Shown: piece after piece, positions 7,783 to 16,194 of the stretch
How the letters are laid out: each line of letters starts with the position of its first letter
Position numbering within the stretch: position 1 is the stretch's first letter
Source: Thermoleophilia bacterium
Lineage (GTDB): Bacteria > Actinomycetota > Thermoleophilia > Gaiellales > Gaiellaceae
DNA: 34,977 nt
Reading direction: 5' to 3'
NCBI GenBank assembly: GCA_025936595.1
Contig: JAICTB010000001.1
Location: 1-34,977, forward strand
Notes under the pieces: generated by a model
The model's input: the letters and a program-made list of their open reading frames with translations, nothing else
What the model was told of the DNA's origin: nothing
Databases searched by the model: none
Program-made: the position numbers and the translations under genes

Positions 7783-10700
7783 CTACGAGCCGAAGAAGCC
7801 CATCACGCGTTGGACGAGGTCTGCCTTGTCGGTCGCCGATCCATATGCCTCCAGCGGGAAGGCGAGGAAGACGACCTTGTAGCTGCCGCTCCCACCGTCG
7901 AAGGAGAGCGCGTCCGTCGCGGACGAGTCGTCCGTGAAGGCAGCCGCCGCCGTGCCGTTCGGGGTGATCTGATCCTCGAACGCGGCGTTCAGCACGCTGT
8001 GGTCGAGGGGCACGGTGCCGATGCCGTCCGTGACCGGGCTGCCGGTCACGCCGTGCACCGCGTCGGTCGCCTGGTCGTTCTGCGTCTCCGACCCGTCCCA
8101 GTCGATGTGCAGGTAGTCGTGGACGAACGCCGTCGTCCCCGCAGCCTGGTCGAGGATGTCCTGCCCGCTCATGAGCAGGTTCCCGCCGCCGTCGAGGAAC
8201 GACTTGAGCACGCCCTCGTACGGCGTCACCGGGCCCGGATACGAGTTGCCCGTGAACCAGACGACGTTCGTGTGCGCGTTCAGCAAGCCCGAGGGCAGGT
8301 CAGGGCTCGTCGCGAGATCCCAGACGCTGTAGTCCACGCCGTCGGCGTCGAGCGCCGCCTTGTAGAGCGGCTGGACGTCCGGGGCGTTGCCGTCCTCGTC
8401 GACGAGCAGCGTGTCCTTCGTGACGGCGATCGTCGTCACCGTCCCGCTTGCGGTGACGGCCGAGGAGCCGACCGACGTCGCGGTGACCGTCGCGGTGCTC
8501 GTGTCGCCGTCGCTTGCAGAGGACGGGACGTCGACCATGACGCACACGTCCGCGGAGCCGCCGGCGGGCACGGTCGGTGTGCTCGCCGACTCCGTCGTGC
8601 ACGTCGAGTCGAGGAACCTCACCGGGTACGTGCCGCCCGAGCTCGACAGCGTGTAGCTGTCGTCGGTGAAGCCCTCGTTCGTGATGGTCACGTGGTAGGT
8701 GGCGCTTTCACCTGCGCGCGCGCCGTCTGTCTGGGCCGCCGGAGCGAGCGTTGCGGCGAACGCCGGAGCGAGCGCGGTCGTGACCGGCGAGCCGGTCGTG
8801 AACGGCCCCTGCGCAGAGGTGACGCGGACGCCGTCGTTCACGATCGACGTCACCTTCTTCTTCAACGCAGACGAGATGTTCAGCGTGAGGGTCACGGAGG
8901 TGCTCTCGCCCGCCGGGATCGTCAGATCCGACCAGGTAACGACGCCCGAGGTGCTCGTACCGCCGTTGTCGGCGGAGACGAAGGTCGTGTTCTCGGGAAG
9001 CGGGTCGGTGATCGTGACGCCCGTGGCGTCGGCATTGCCGATGTTCCGGACCGTCAACGTGTAGGTCAGGTTGCTCGACGGGCCGACCGGGACGCCCGCA
9101 TCCGCCTTCGAGACGACGAGCGCGGGAACGGGCGACGAGGTATCGGCGAGGCGGAACGCGCCCCGGCCGTGCGTGCCCGCGACGAGCGTGCGGTGCAGCG
9201 GGTCGAGGTCGATCTGCCAGGTCGCGACGACCGGCATCCCCGATCCGAGCGGAACCCAGTGCCCGCCGCCGTTGTAGGTCACGAACGTGCCGACGTCGGT
9301 CGCCGCGTAGATCGTGTTCGGGTACGACGGGTCGAGCACGAGCGAGTTGACGGGAACGTCCGGCAGGTCGCTGGTGATGTTCTGCCAGCTGGCTCCGCCG
9401 TCGACCGTCTTGAAGACGTGTCCCCGGGTCGTCGGCGTCGCCTCGTCGTAGCCGTTGTACGCCGCGTAGGCGATCCGGTAGTTGCTGCGGTCGACTGCGA
9501 ACCAGGAGACCGGCCGCGCCGGGAGGCCGTTCTTGTTGCTGTTCACCTTCACCCACGTCGGGTCGTCGGCGGTCTGCGCGTCCGGGCTGACCCAGACGAG
9601 GCCGTCGAGCGTGCCGACATAGGCGGCGGTCCCGCCGCCGACGCCGATCGCGGAGATCGCACAGGCCCGTGCCCCGTTCGGGGCGGTGCCGGTGCACCCG
9701 GTCGTGAGGTCGGGGCTGATCGTCTGCCAGCTCACGTCCGCGGCCGAGGCCGTCCGCGCGTTGTCCGTGCGGTAGAGCCGGTACGTGCCGAGGAAGAGCT
9801 GGCTCGGGTTCAGCTGGTTGAGCGTCCACGGGACGTAGAACTCCGAGCGGTCGCTCAGGTCGATCCCCTTCTCGATGAACTGGTTCGAGAAGAACTGCGC
9901 CCCGCCGTCCGTGTACCGGTACGGCGAGATGCCGAAGTACGTGCCGTAGACGAAGCACGCCGGCGCGAAGCCCGGGAAGTCCGGTGAGCAGGCCGGATCG
10001 GGCGTCGGGTCGACGAGCACCTGCCCGCCGTCGCCGCTCGCGACGTCGAACCAGGTGTTCGAGCCGCCGGACTTGCGGAGCGTGCCGTTGTCCTGCGTGC
10101 CGCCCCAGACCCGCGCGGGGAGCTGCGGGACGGTTGCGATCGAGGTGAACTGGCCGATTGCGAGGTTCGTGCGGTGAATCACGCCGGCGGTGTCGGGGTC
10201 GACCGTCCCGTTCAGGTTCTCCCAGTCGGTCGAGGAGAGACCGTCGGCCGCGGTCGGCCGGCCGCCACGGTCGCTGCTGAACTCGACGCCGCCGTCGTTG
10301 CCGATCAGCACGTGGTCGGGGTTCGCCGGATCCATCGCGAGTGCGTGGAAGTCCGGGTGCAGGTCCCAGCCCAGGTTCACCCACGTCGCCCCGCCGTCCG
10401 TCGACCGGAAGATGCCGCCCGACGGCGGGTGCATGTCGTAGCCGAACGAGCCGCCGGCATAGACGACGTCCGGGTTCGTCGGGTCGACCTCGATCACGTT
10501 GTCGTAGAAGCACTGCGTCGTGCAGTAGTCCTCCACGTTGTCGAGATCGTTCGAGCCGGTGCCCGTCTGGGTCCAGCTCGCCCCGGCGTCCGTCGACTTG
10601 AAGACCTCACCCGGATGATGCTTGCCGCTCGCGTCGTTCCAGTCGAAGCCGGCATAGAGGACAGCTGCGTGCGCTGCCGAGGGATGCGAGATCGCGATCG

Positions 10701-11745
10701 AGAACCGGGTCAGCGCCCCGGCGTAGTCGACGCCTGTGGGGAGCCCGTTCATGATCGGCGCCCACGTGGAGCCCCCGTTCGTGCTCTTGTAGATCGCGTC
10801 GCCCCAGAAGGACGCGTAGAGGATGTTGTGGTTGAGCGGGTCGATCTCGAGGTCGGTCGCGCCGTTGGTCTCCGACACCTGCTTGAGCAGGTTCCAGGTC
10901 GTCCCGCCGTCTTTCGACTCCCAGATGCCGAAACGGGAGTGGACCGGCGGCGAGACGCGGTGCGCGCCGCCGCGGCCGCGGAGCACCGCGGCGTACAGGT
11001 GGTTCGCGTCGGTCGGGTCGACGACGATGCGCGCCACCGAGACGCCGACGAAGTAGTCGCCGGAGATGTGTGCCCATGTGCTGCCGCCGTCGACCGAGCG
11101 GAGGATGCCGTCGCCGAACTGGCTGTCGCCCGAGAGCGCGCCTTCGCCCGTGCCGGCGTAGACGATCGAGTCGTCCGACGGCGCGATCGCGAGCGCGCCG
11201 ATCGCGAGCGATTCCTGGTCGTCGCTGCGCGGCGACCACGTCCCGGTCCCCGGGTCGTAGAGCCAGATGCCGCCCTGCGCGGCGCCGAGGATGAACTGAC
11301 CGGTGGAGGGCCTGATCGCGAGCGCGCCGATCCGGCCGGCCATCGCCGAGAAGGAATTGTCGCTGCGCTCGACCTGCACGATCGGGTTCGGCCCGACCTG
11401 CGACCATCCGCCGTTGAACGTGTGCGGCCCGTCGCCCGGGAAGGTGACCTTCTTGAGCTTCGCGGCGGCCTTCGCCGCCCCGGCCCGCAGCTGTCCGACC
11501 TGCGTGATGTCGAGCGGGCGGTCACCGGCGGTCTTCTGCCCCGAGACCTCCGCATCGAGCAGGAGGAGGCGCTGCTCGGCGTTCTCGTCCCCCTCGAGCG
11601 GCTTTGCGCCTGCGCGCAGGATCGGCGTGTCGCCGCCGACGCCTCCGACCGCGATGGCGGCCGCGGCAAAGCTTGCAAACAGGACTCCGGCGACAAGGCT
11701 TGCGCCGATGCCGCGCCGGAACGTCCGTAGGACTGATCTCGACAT
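7783..11745 (-). CDS. Large secreted BNR/Asp-box repeat protein with DUF11-like and CARDB/NEW3-like Ig-type domains and an uncharacterised C-terminal domain
   Basis: The 1320-aa product starts at the ATG at 11745, preceded by GGGAGGGGAG. The signal-like N-terminus is MSRSVLRTFRRGIGASLVAGVLFASFAAAAIA. Seven Asp-box-like motifs are present: SVDGGSTW, SKDGGTTW, STNGGSTW, STDAGASW, STDGGATW, TVDGGASW and TYNGGGHW. The segment LTYTLTVRNIGNADATGVTITDPLPENTTFVSA is DUF11-like. Confidence 0.85.
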   Translation of the reverse strand: MSRSVLRTFRRGIGASLVAGVLFASFAAAAIAVGGVGGDTPILRAGAKPLEGDENAEQRLLLLDAEVSGQKTAGDRPLDITQVGQLRAGAAKAAAKLKKVTFPGDGPHTFNGGWSQVGPNPIVQVERSDNSFSAMAGRIGALAIRPSTGQFILGAAQGGIWLYDPGTGTWSPRSDDQESLAIGALAIAPSDDSIVYAGTGEGALSGDSQFGDGILRSVDGGSTWAHISGDYFVGVSVARIVVDPTDANHLYAAVLRGRGGAHRVSPPVHSRFGIWESKDGGTTWNLLKQVSETNGATDLEIDPLNHNILYASFWGDAIYKSTNGGSTWAPIMNGLPTGVDYAGALTRFSIAISHPSAAHAAVLYAGFDWNDASGKHHPGEVFKSTDAGASWTQTGTGSNDLDNVEDYCTTQCFYDNVIEVDPTNPDVVYAGGSFGYDMHPPSGGIFRSTDGGATWVNLGWDLHPDFHALAMDPANPDHVLIGNDGGVEFSSDRGGRPTAADGLSSTDWENLNGTVDPDTAGVIHRTNLAIGQFTSIATVPQLPARVWGGTQDNGTLRKSGGSNTWFDVASGDGGQVLVDPTPDPACSPDFPGFAPACFVYGTYFGISPYRYTDGGAQFFSNQFIEKGIDLSDRSEFYVPWTLNQLNPSQLFLGTYRLYRTDNARTASAADVSWQTISPDLTTGCTGTAPNGARACAISAIGVGGGTAAYVGTLDGLVWVSPDAQTADDPTWVKVNSNKNGLPARPVSWFAVDRSNYRIAYAAYNGYDEATPTTRGHVFKTVDGGASWQNITSDLPDVPVNSLVLDPSYPNTIYAATDVGTFVTYNGGGHWVPLGSGMPVVATWQIDLDPLHRTLVAGTHGRGAFRLADTSSPVPALVVSKADAGVPVGPSSNLTYTLTVRNIGNADATGVTITDPLPENTTFVSADNGGTSTSGVVTWSDLTIPAGESTSVTLTLNISSALKKKVTSIVNDGVRVTSAQGPFTTGSPVTTALAPAFAATLAPAAQTDGARAGESATYHVTITNEGFTDDSYTLSSSGGTYPVRFLDSTCTTESASTPTVPAGGSADVCVMVDVPSSASDGDTSTATVTATSVGSSAVTASGTVTTIAVTKDTLLVDEDGNAPDVQPLYKAALDADGVDYSVWDLATSPDLPSGLLNAHTNVVWFTGNSYPGPVTPYEGVLKSFLDGGGNLLMSGQDILDQAAGTTAFVHDYLHIDWDGSETQNDQATDAVHGVTGSPVTDGIGTVPLDHSVLNAAFEDQITPNGTAAAAFTDDSSATDALSFDGGSGSYKVVFLAFPLEAYGSATDKADLVQRVMGFFGS

Positions 11746-11814
11746 GTTCTCCCCTCCCGTGGGGGAGCGGTGGTCATGCCTGCCCAAACCGCCCCCAAGG
11801 TCTGCGTCGCGGCA

Positions 11815-11843
11815 CTTAATGCACCTCGTGCGGGTGCTGTCAA
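11815..11843 (-). promoter_or_regulatory. Putative sigma-70-type promoter of the BNR protein gene
   Basis: On the minus strand there is a perfect -35 TTGACA (11843-11838), a 17-nt spacer and then ATTAAG (11820-11815), which is a weak -10. This would give a 5' UTR of about 65 nt. Confidence 0.35.
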
Positions 11844-11865
11844 GCGACAACTGTCGGCTCGGGGC

Positions 11866-13119
11866 CTACGTTTCCTCGCCGTTGCCGGACGGTGTGTAGA
11901 AGACGGTCCCCTTGAGGTCGTCGGGGAGGCAGTCGACCTCGAAGCCCGCGGGGTCCTCGTGCGGATAGATGTACCCCGTCCCGCGACCGAGCTTCTTCGC
12001 GCCGGGATACGCGGCCGAGCGGAGCGCGGCCGGCGGCGTCAGCGCACCGCGCTCGCGCACGGCCTGCGTCGCCTTGCCGATCCCGACGTAGGACGCGTTC
12101 GACTTCGGCGCGCGTGCGAGATAGACCGCCGCCTGCGCGAGGTTGAGCCGCGCCTCCGGCAGCCCGACGTGCTCGACCGCCTGCGCCGCTGCGACGGCGA
12201 CGAGCAGCGCCTGCGGATCGGCGTTCCCGATGTCCTCGGAGGCGAGCACGATCATCCGGCGCACGATGAAGCGTGCGTCCTCGCCGCCCTCGAGCATCGC
12301 GGCCAGGTAGTACAGCGACGCCTGGACGTCGCCCGCGCGCGTCGACTTGATCCAGGCCGAGATGAAGTCGTAGTGCTTGTCGCCGCCCTTGTCGTAGGCG
12401 AGCGGCCGCTTGCGCGCGGCGTCGTCGACGTGTCGCGTCTCGAGCGGCAGCCCTTCGGCGCGTGCGGTCTCCACGGACAGCTCGAGGATGTTCAGCGCGT
12501 TGCGCGCGTCGCCGCCCGCGCGTGTGGCGATCAGCTCGCCGACGTCCGGGGGCACCTCCGCCTCGAGCGTCGCCGCGCCTCGCTCCACGACGTCGCGCAA
12601 GGTCTCCGCCGAGTGCGGCTCGAGCTCGTAGATCTGCGTACGCGAGAGGAGCGCCGAGTTGACCTCGAAGTACGGGTTCTCGGTCGTCGCGCCGATCAGC
12701 GTCACGAGCCCTTCCTCGACACCGGGCAGCAGCGCGTCCTGCTGGGCCTTGTTGAAGCGGTGGATCTCGTCGAGGAAGAGGATCGTCCGCCGTCCGCTCG
12801 CGCCGAGCAGCTCCCGGGCGCGCTTCAGGACGTCGCGTACGTTCGCGACTGTCGCCGAGACCGCCGACAGCTCCTCGAACTCCGCGCCGGTCGTCTGCGC
12901 GACGATCCGGGCGAGCGTCGTCTTCCCCGAGCCCGGCGGGCCGAAGAGGATCATCGAGGGGACGCGGTCGTTCTCGATCGCGAGCCGCAGGGCGCGTCCC
13001 CGGCCGACCACGTGCTCCTGGCCGACGAACTCGTCGAGGCTCGACGGGCGTAGCCGTTGCGCCAGCGGCGCGGAGGCGCCCAGGCGCCGGCCCGCAGCCT
13101 CGCTGAAGAGGTCGCCCAT
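11866..13119 (-). CDS. rarA: Replication-associated recombination protein A (AAA+ ATPase, MgsA/WRNIP1 family)
   Basis: The 417-aa product starts MGDLFSE and carries Walker A GPPGSGKTTLA, Walker B LFLDEIHRFNK and ATTENPYFEV. The C-terminal MgsA helical lid contains HYDFISAWIKSTRAGDVQASLYYLA. Confidence 0.92.
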   Translation of the reverse strand: MGDLFSEAAGRRLGASAPLAQRLRPSSLDEFVGQEHVVGRGRALRLAIENDRVPSMILFGPPGSGKTTLARIVAQTTGAEFEELSAVSATVANVRDVLKRARELLGASGRRTILFLDEIHRFNKAQQDALLPGVEEGLVTLIGATTENPYFEVNSALLSRTQIYELEPHSAETLRDVVERGAATLEAEVPPDVGELIATRAGGDARNALNILELSVETARAEGLPLETRHVDDAARKRPLAYDKGGDKHYDFISAWIKSTRAGDVQASLYYLAAMLEGGEDARFIVRRMIVLASEDIGNADPQALLVAVAAAQAVEHVGLPEARLNLAQAAVYLARAPKSNASYVGIGKATQAVRERGALTPPAALRSAAYPGAKKLGRGTGYIYPHEDPAGFEVDCLPDDLKGTVFYTPSGNGEET

Positions 13120-13128
13120 GGCAGAAGT

Positions 13129-13899
13129 ATGCTGCGGAGCGTGAGCGACGTGTGGGGCGCCGGCACGTACGAGCGGGTTGCTGCTCGGCTCGCGCCGGTG
13201 CAGGACCAGCTCGTGAACCTGCTCGAGGTCGGCGACGGCGACCGCGTTCTCGATCTCGCGACCGGCACGGGCGAGGTCGCCTTCCGTGCGGCGCGCAGAG
13301 GCGCGATCGTGTCGGCGATCGACAGCGCCGTCCCGATGCTCGAGAAGGCGCGGGCGAGCGCCGCGGAGCAGGGCCTCGACGTCTTGTTCGAGCTCGGCGA
13401 CGTCGAGTATCTGCCGTTCGAGGACGGCTGCTTCGACGTGCTCGTCTCGAACTTCGGCCTCGTCTTCGCGCCCGACCATGCGAACGTCGCCGCGGAGCTC
13501 GGCCGCGTCGCGTGCCCGGGCGCGAGGCTGGGCTTCTCGGCGTGGAAGCCGAACCGCAAGCTCGGCGAGCTCTACCGGCGCTTCACCGAGGAGCCGATCG
13601 AGGGGCGCGAGGTCTACGAATGGGGTCGCGAGGACCACGTCGAGGACATGCTCGGCGACGATTTCGAGCTCGAGTTCGAGGACGGCACGCTCTGGCTCGA
13701 GGCGGAGTCCGGCGAGGAACTCTGGAGGCTCTTCTCCGAGTCGGCCCCGCCGGTGATCGCGCTGCTCGCGCGGCTCGACGCAGCGCAGGGCGCCGAGTTC
13801 CACCAGGCGTTCGTCGAGCTGTACGAGAGCTACCGCACCGCGGACGGCGGCGTGCGCGCGCCGCGGCGCTACCTGCTCGTGCTCGGCACGCGACGATGA
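13129..13899 (+). CDS. Class I SAM-dependent methyltransferase (Methyltransf_11-like)
   Basis: The product contains VLDLATGTGEVA (motif I) and FDVLVSNFGLVFAPD. The annotated start is the ATG at 13129; an alternative is the GTG at 13141, which lies 7 nt after a TATGCT -10-like hexamer. Confidence 0.8.
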   Translation: MLRSVSDVWGAGTYERVAARLAPVQDQLVNLLEVGDGDRVLDLATGTGEVAFRAARRGAIVSAIDSAVPMLEKARASAAEQGLDVLFELGDVEYLPFEDGCFDVLVSNFGLVFAPDHANVAAELGRVACPGARLGFSAWKPNRKLGELYRRFTEEPIEGREVYEWGREDHVEDMLGDDFELEFEDGTLWLEAESGEELWRLFSESAPPVIALLARLDAAQGAEFHQAFVELYESYRTADGGVRAPRRYLLVLGTRR

Positions 13900-15176
13900 C
13901 GGAGGTCGTCGGCCTCCTCCAGCGCCTGATCCGTCTCGACACGACGAACCCGCCCGGCAACGAGACCGCGGCGGCCGAGCTCCTGCGCGAGTACCTGGAG
14001 GCCGCGGGTGTGGAGTGCGCGCTCCACGCCCGCGTTCCCGAGCGCGCGAACCTCGTCGCGCGTATCCGCGGAACCGGCGACGGGCCGTCGCTCGCGCTGC
14101 TCTCGCACACCGATGTGGTGCTTGCCGATGCGGCCGAATGGGAGCGCGACCCGTTCGGCGGCGAGCTCGCCGGCGAGGAGGTGTGGGGCCGCGGCGCGCT
14201 CGACATGAAGGGCGAGGTGGCCGCGTCGGCGGTCGCGCTCGCGACGCTCGCGCGTGCAGGCTGGCGAGGCTCCGGAGACCTCATCTTCGTCGCGGCCGCC
14301 GACGAGGAGGTCGGCGACGGCTTCGGGCTGCAGTGGCTCGTCGAGGCCCGTCCCGACGCCGTGCGTGCGGACTTCTCGCTCAACGAGGGCGCGGGCGACC
14401 GCGTCGAGCTCGGCGGCCGGGTCCTCTATCTCTGCGCGACGGCGGAGAAGATGAGCTCGCCGTTCTTGCTGCGCGTGCACGGCCGCAGCGGGCATGCGTC
14501 CATGCCGTCGATCGGCGACAACGCGCTCGTCAAGGCCGGGCCGCTCGTGGCCCGCCTCGGCGCGTTCGACGTCGAGCCGCAGCTGATTCCCGAGGTCGAG
14601 GGCTTCCTGACGGCGCTCCTCGGCGCGGTTCCTCCCGCCACCGACGCGCTCGCCCGCGCGCGTTCGATCGCGCCGCTCGCCGGCGAGCTGATCGAGCCGC
14701 TCCTCGGCATGACCGTCTCGCCGACGAGAGCGCGCGCCTCCGACAAGCGCAACGTGATCCCCGCGCTCTGCGAGATCACGGTCGACGTCCGGCTCCTGCC
14801 GGGGCAGACGCCGGAGGAGGCCGAAGCGGCGCTGCGTGCCTGGCTCGGCGACGGCGACTACGAGCTCGTCAACACCGAGCGGCAGGGCGGCACGCGCTCG
14901 CCGATCGGCGGCCCGCTCTGGGACGCGGTCGAGGCGTTCGTCGAGGAGGAGGAGCCCGGCGCGCGGCCTGCGCCGATCTGCGTCGCCGGGTTCACCGACT
15001 CGCACTGGCTGCGCGAGGCGTTCGGCACCGTCGCCTACGGCTTCTTCCCGTCGCGGGCGCTCGACTCCGAGACCGCGGCGCGGCTGATCCACTCGGCGAA
15101 CGAGCGCGTGCCAGTGAGCGACCTCGAGCTCGGCGTGCGCTTCTTCCAGCACGCAGCACGCTCCGTCTGTGCTTGA
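13896..15176 (+). CDS. M20/M25/M40 family metallo-hydrolase (ArgE/DapE/Abg-like)
   Basis: The 426-aa product starts MTEVVGLLQRLIRLDTTNPPGNE and contains LLSHTDVV, WGRGALDMKG and AADEEVG metal-ligand motifs. The ATG at 13896 overlaps the upstream stop (ATGA). Confidence 0.85.
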   Translation: MTEVVGLLQRLIRLDTTNPPGNETAAAELLREYLEAAGVECALHARVPERANLVARIRGTGDGPSLALLSHTDVVLADAAEWERDPFGGELAGEEVWGRGALDMKGEVAASAVALATLARAGWRGSGDLIFVAAADEEVGDGFGLQWLVEARPDAVRADFSLNEGAGDRVELGGRVLYLCATAEKMSSPFLLRVHGRSGHASMPSIGDNALVKAGPLVARLGAFDVEPQLIPEVEGFLTALLGAVPPATDALARARSIAPLAGELIEPLLGMTVSPTRARASDKRNVIPALCEITVDVRLLPGQTPEEAEAALRAWLGDGDYELVNTERQGGTRSPIGGPLWDAVEAFVEEEEPGARPAPICVAGFTDSHWLREAFGTVAYGFFPSRALDSETAARLIHSANERVPVSDLELGVRFFQHAARSVCA

Positions 15177-16194
15177 GCTGCACGACCCGCGGGGCGCGTT
15201 CGAGACGCTCGAGGAGTACCTCGCCGCCGAGCTGCGCGACGGTCTCGTGGCCGACGTCTATCTCGGCTACGGCCTCTCGGAGCCGCTGCGCCGCGAGTCG
15301 CGGCCGGCGCCGCCGGAGCCATGCCGGCTGCCGCTTCTCGCCGCCCGGGTGCGCCCTGCGTATGAAAGTAACAGTCTGTTACAAGCTCCGTTTTCCGTGG
15401 CGGAGTGGCGTTCCAGCTGGACGCCGGACGACTACGCCCGTGCGATCGCGGAGGTGCGCGCCGCGATCAGGCGCGGCGACGTCTACCAGGTGAATCTCGT
15501 GCAGCACCTGTCCGCGAGCTTCGACGGCGACGCGGCAGGCCTCGCGACTGCGCTCGCGCCGCTTCGCCCGCTGCATCCGCGCCCGCTGCTTGGCGAGGAC
15601 TGGTCGATCGTCTCCGCCTCGCCGGAGGTCTTCCTGTCGCGCCGCGGGCGGACGCTCTCGACGCGGCCGATCAAGGGCACGCGGCCGCTCGGCGAGGACG
15701 TGGACGACGCGAAGGACGCGGCCGAGCACGTGATGATCGTCGACCTCGAGCGCAACGACCTCTCGCGCGTCTGCGCCCCCGGCTCGATCCGCTGGCCCGA
15801 GCTGATGGCCCAGCATGAGCTCGCCGGCGTGACGCATCTCGTCTCGACCGTCGAGGGCGATCTGCGGGACGGCGTCGGGCTCGCGGAGATCCTCCGGGCC
15901 ACCTTTCCCGGCGGCTCGATCACCGGCGCGCCGAAGACGGCGGCGATCGACCAGATCGCGCGGCTCGAGCCGGTCGGCCGCGGCGCGTCGATGGGCGCGC
16001 TCGGAACGGTCATCCCGAACGGCGACTTCGAGCTCGCGCTGACGATCCGGACCTTCGCCGTCGCGGACGGCCGGATCCACCTGTGGGTGGGCGGCGGGAT
16101 CGTCTGGGACTCCGATCCTGAGGCCGAGATCGAGGAGTCGTGGGTCAAGGCGCGCCCCCTCCTCGCGGCCGCCGGCGGGCTCGTCACGGCATGA
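15169..16194 (+). CDS. pabB: Aminodeoxychorismate synthase component I (chorismate-binding enzyme), short form
   Basis: The product contains GDVYQVNLVQ, SASPEVFL, RPIKGTRP, EHVMIVDLERND, FPGGSITGAPK and GGGIVWDSDPEAE. The GTG at 15169 overlaps the M20 gene end by 8 nt. Confidence 0.85.
   Translation: MLELHDPRGAFETLEEYLAAELRDGLVADVYLGYGLSEPLRRESRPAPPEPCRLPLLAARVRPAYESNSLLQAPFSVAEWRSSWTPDDYARAIAEVRAAIRRGDVYQVNLVQHLSASFDGDAAGLATALAPLRPLHPRPLLGEDWSIVSASPEVFLSRRGRTLSTRPIKGTRPLGEDVDDAKDAAEHVMIVDLERNDLSRVCAPGSIRWPELMAQHELAGVTHLVSTVEGDLRDGVGLAEILRATFPGGSITGAPKTAAIDQIARLEPVGRGASMGALGTVIPNGDFELALTIRTFAVADGRIHLWVGGGIVWDSDPEAEIEESWVKARPLLAAAGGLVTA

Noticed and set aside
15368-15382. Reading GTAACAGTCTGTTAC inside pabB as a LexA SOS box.
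   Set aside because: It fits neither the Gram-positive/actinobacterial GAAC-N4-GTTC pattern (the spacing is wrong) nor the CTGT-N8-ACAG pattern (the half-sites are in the opposite order and adjacent). It is kept only as an unexplained palindrome.
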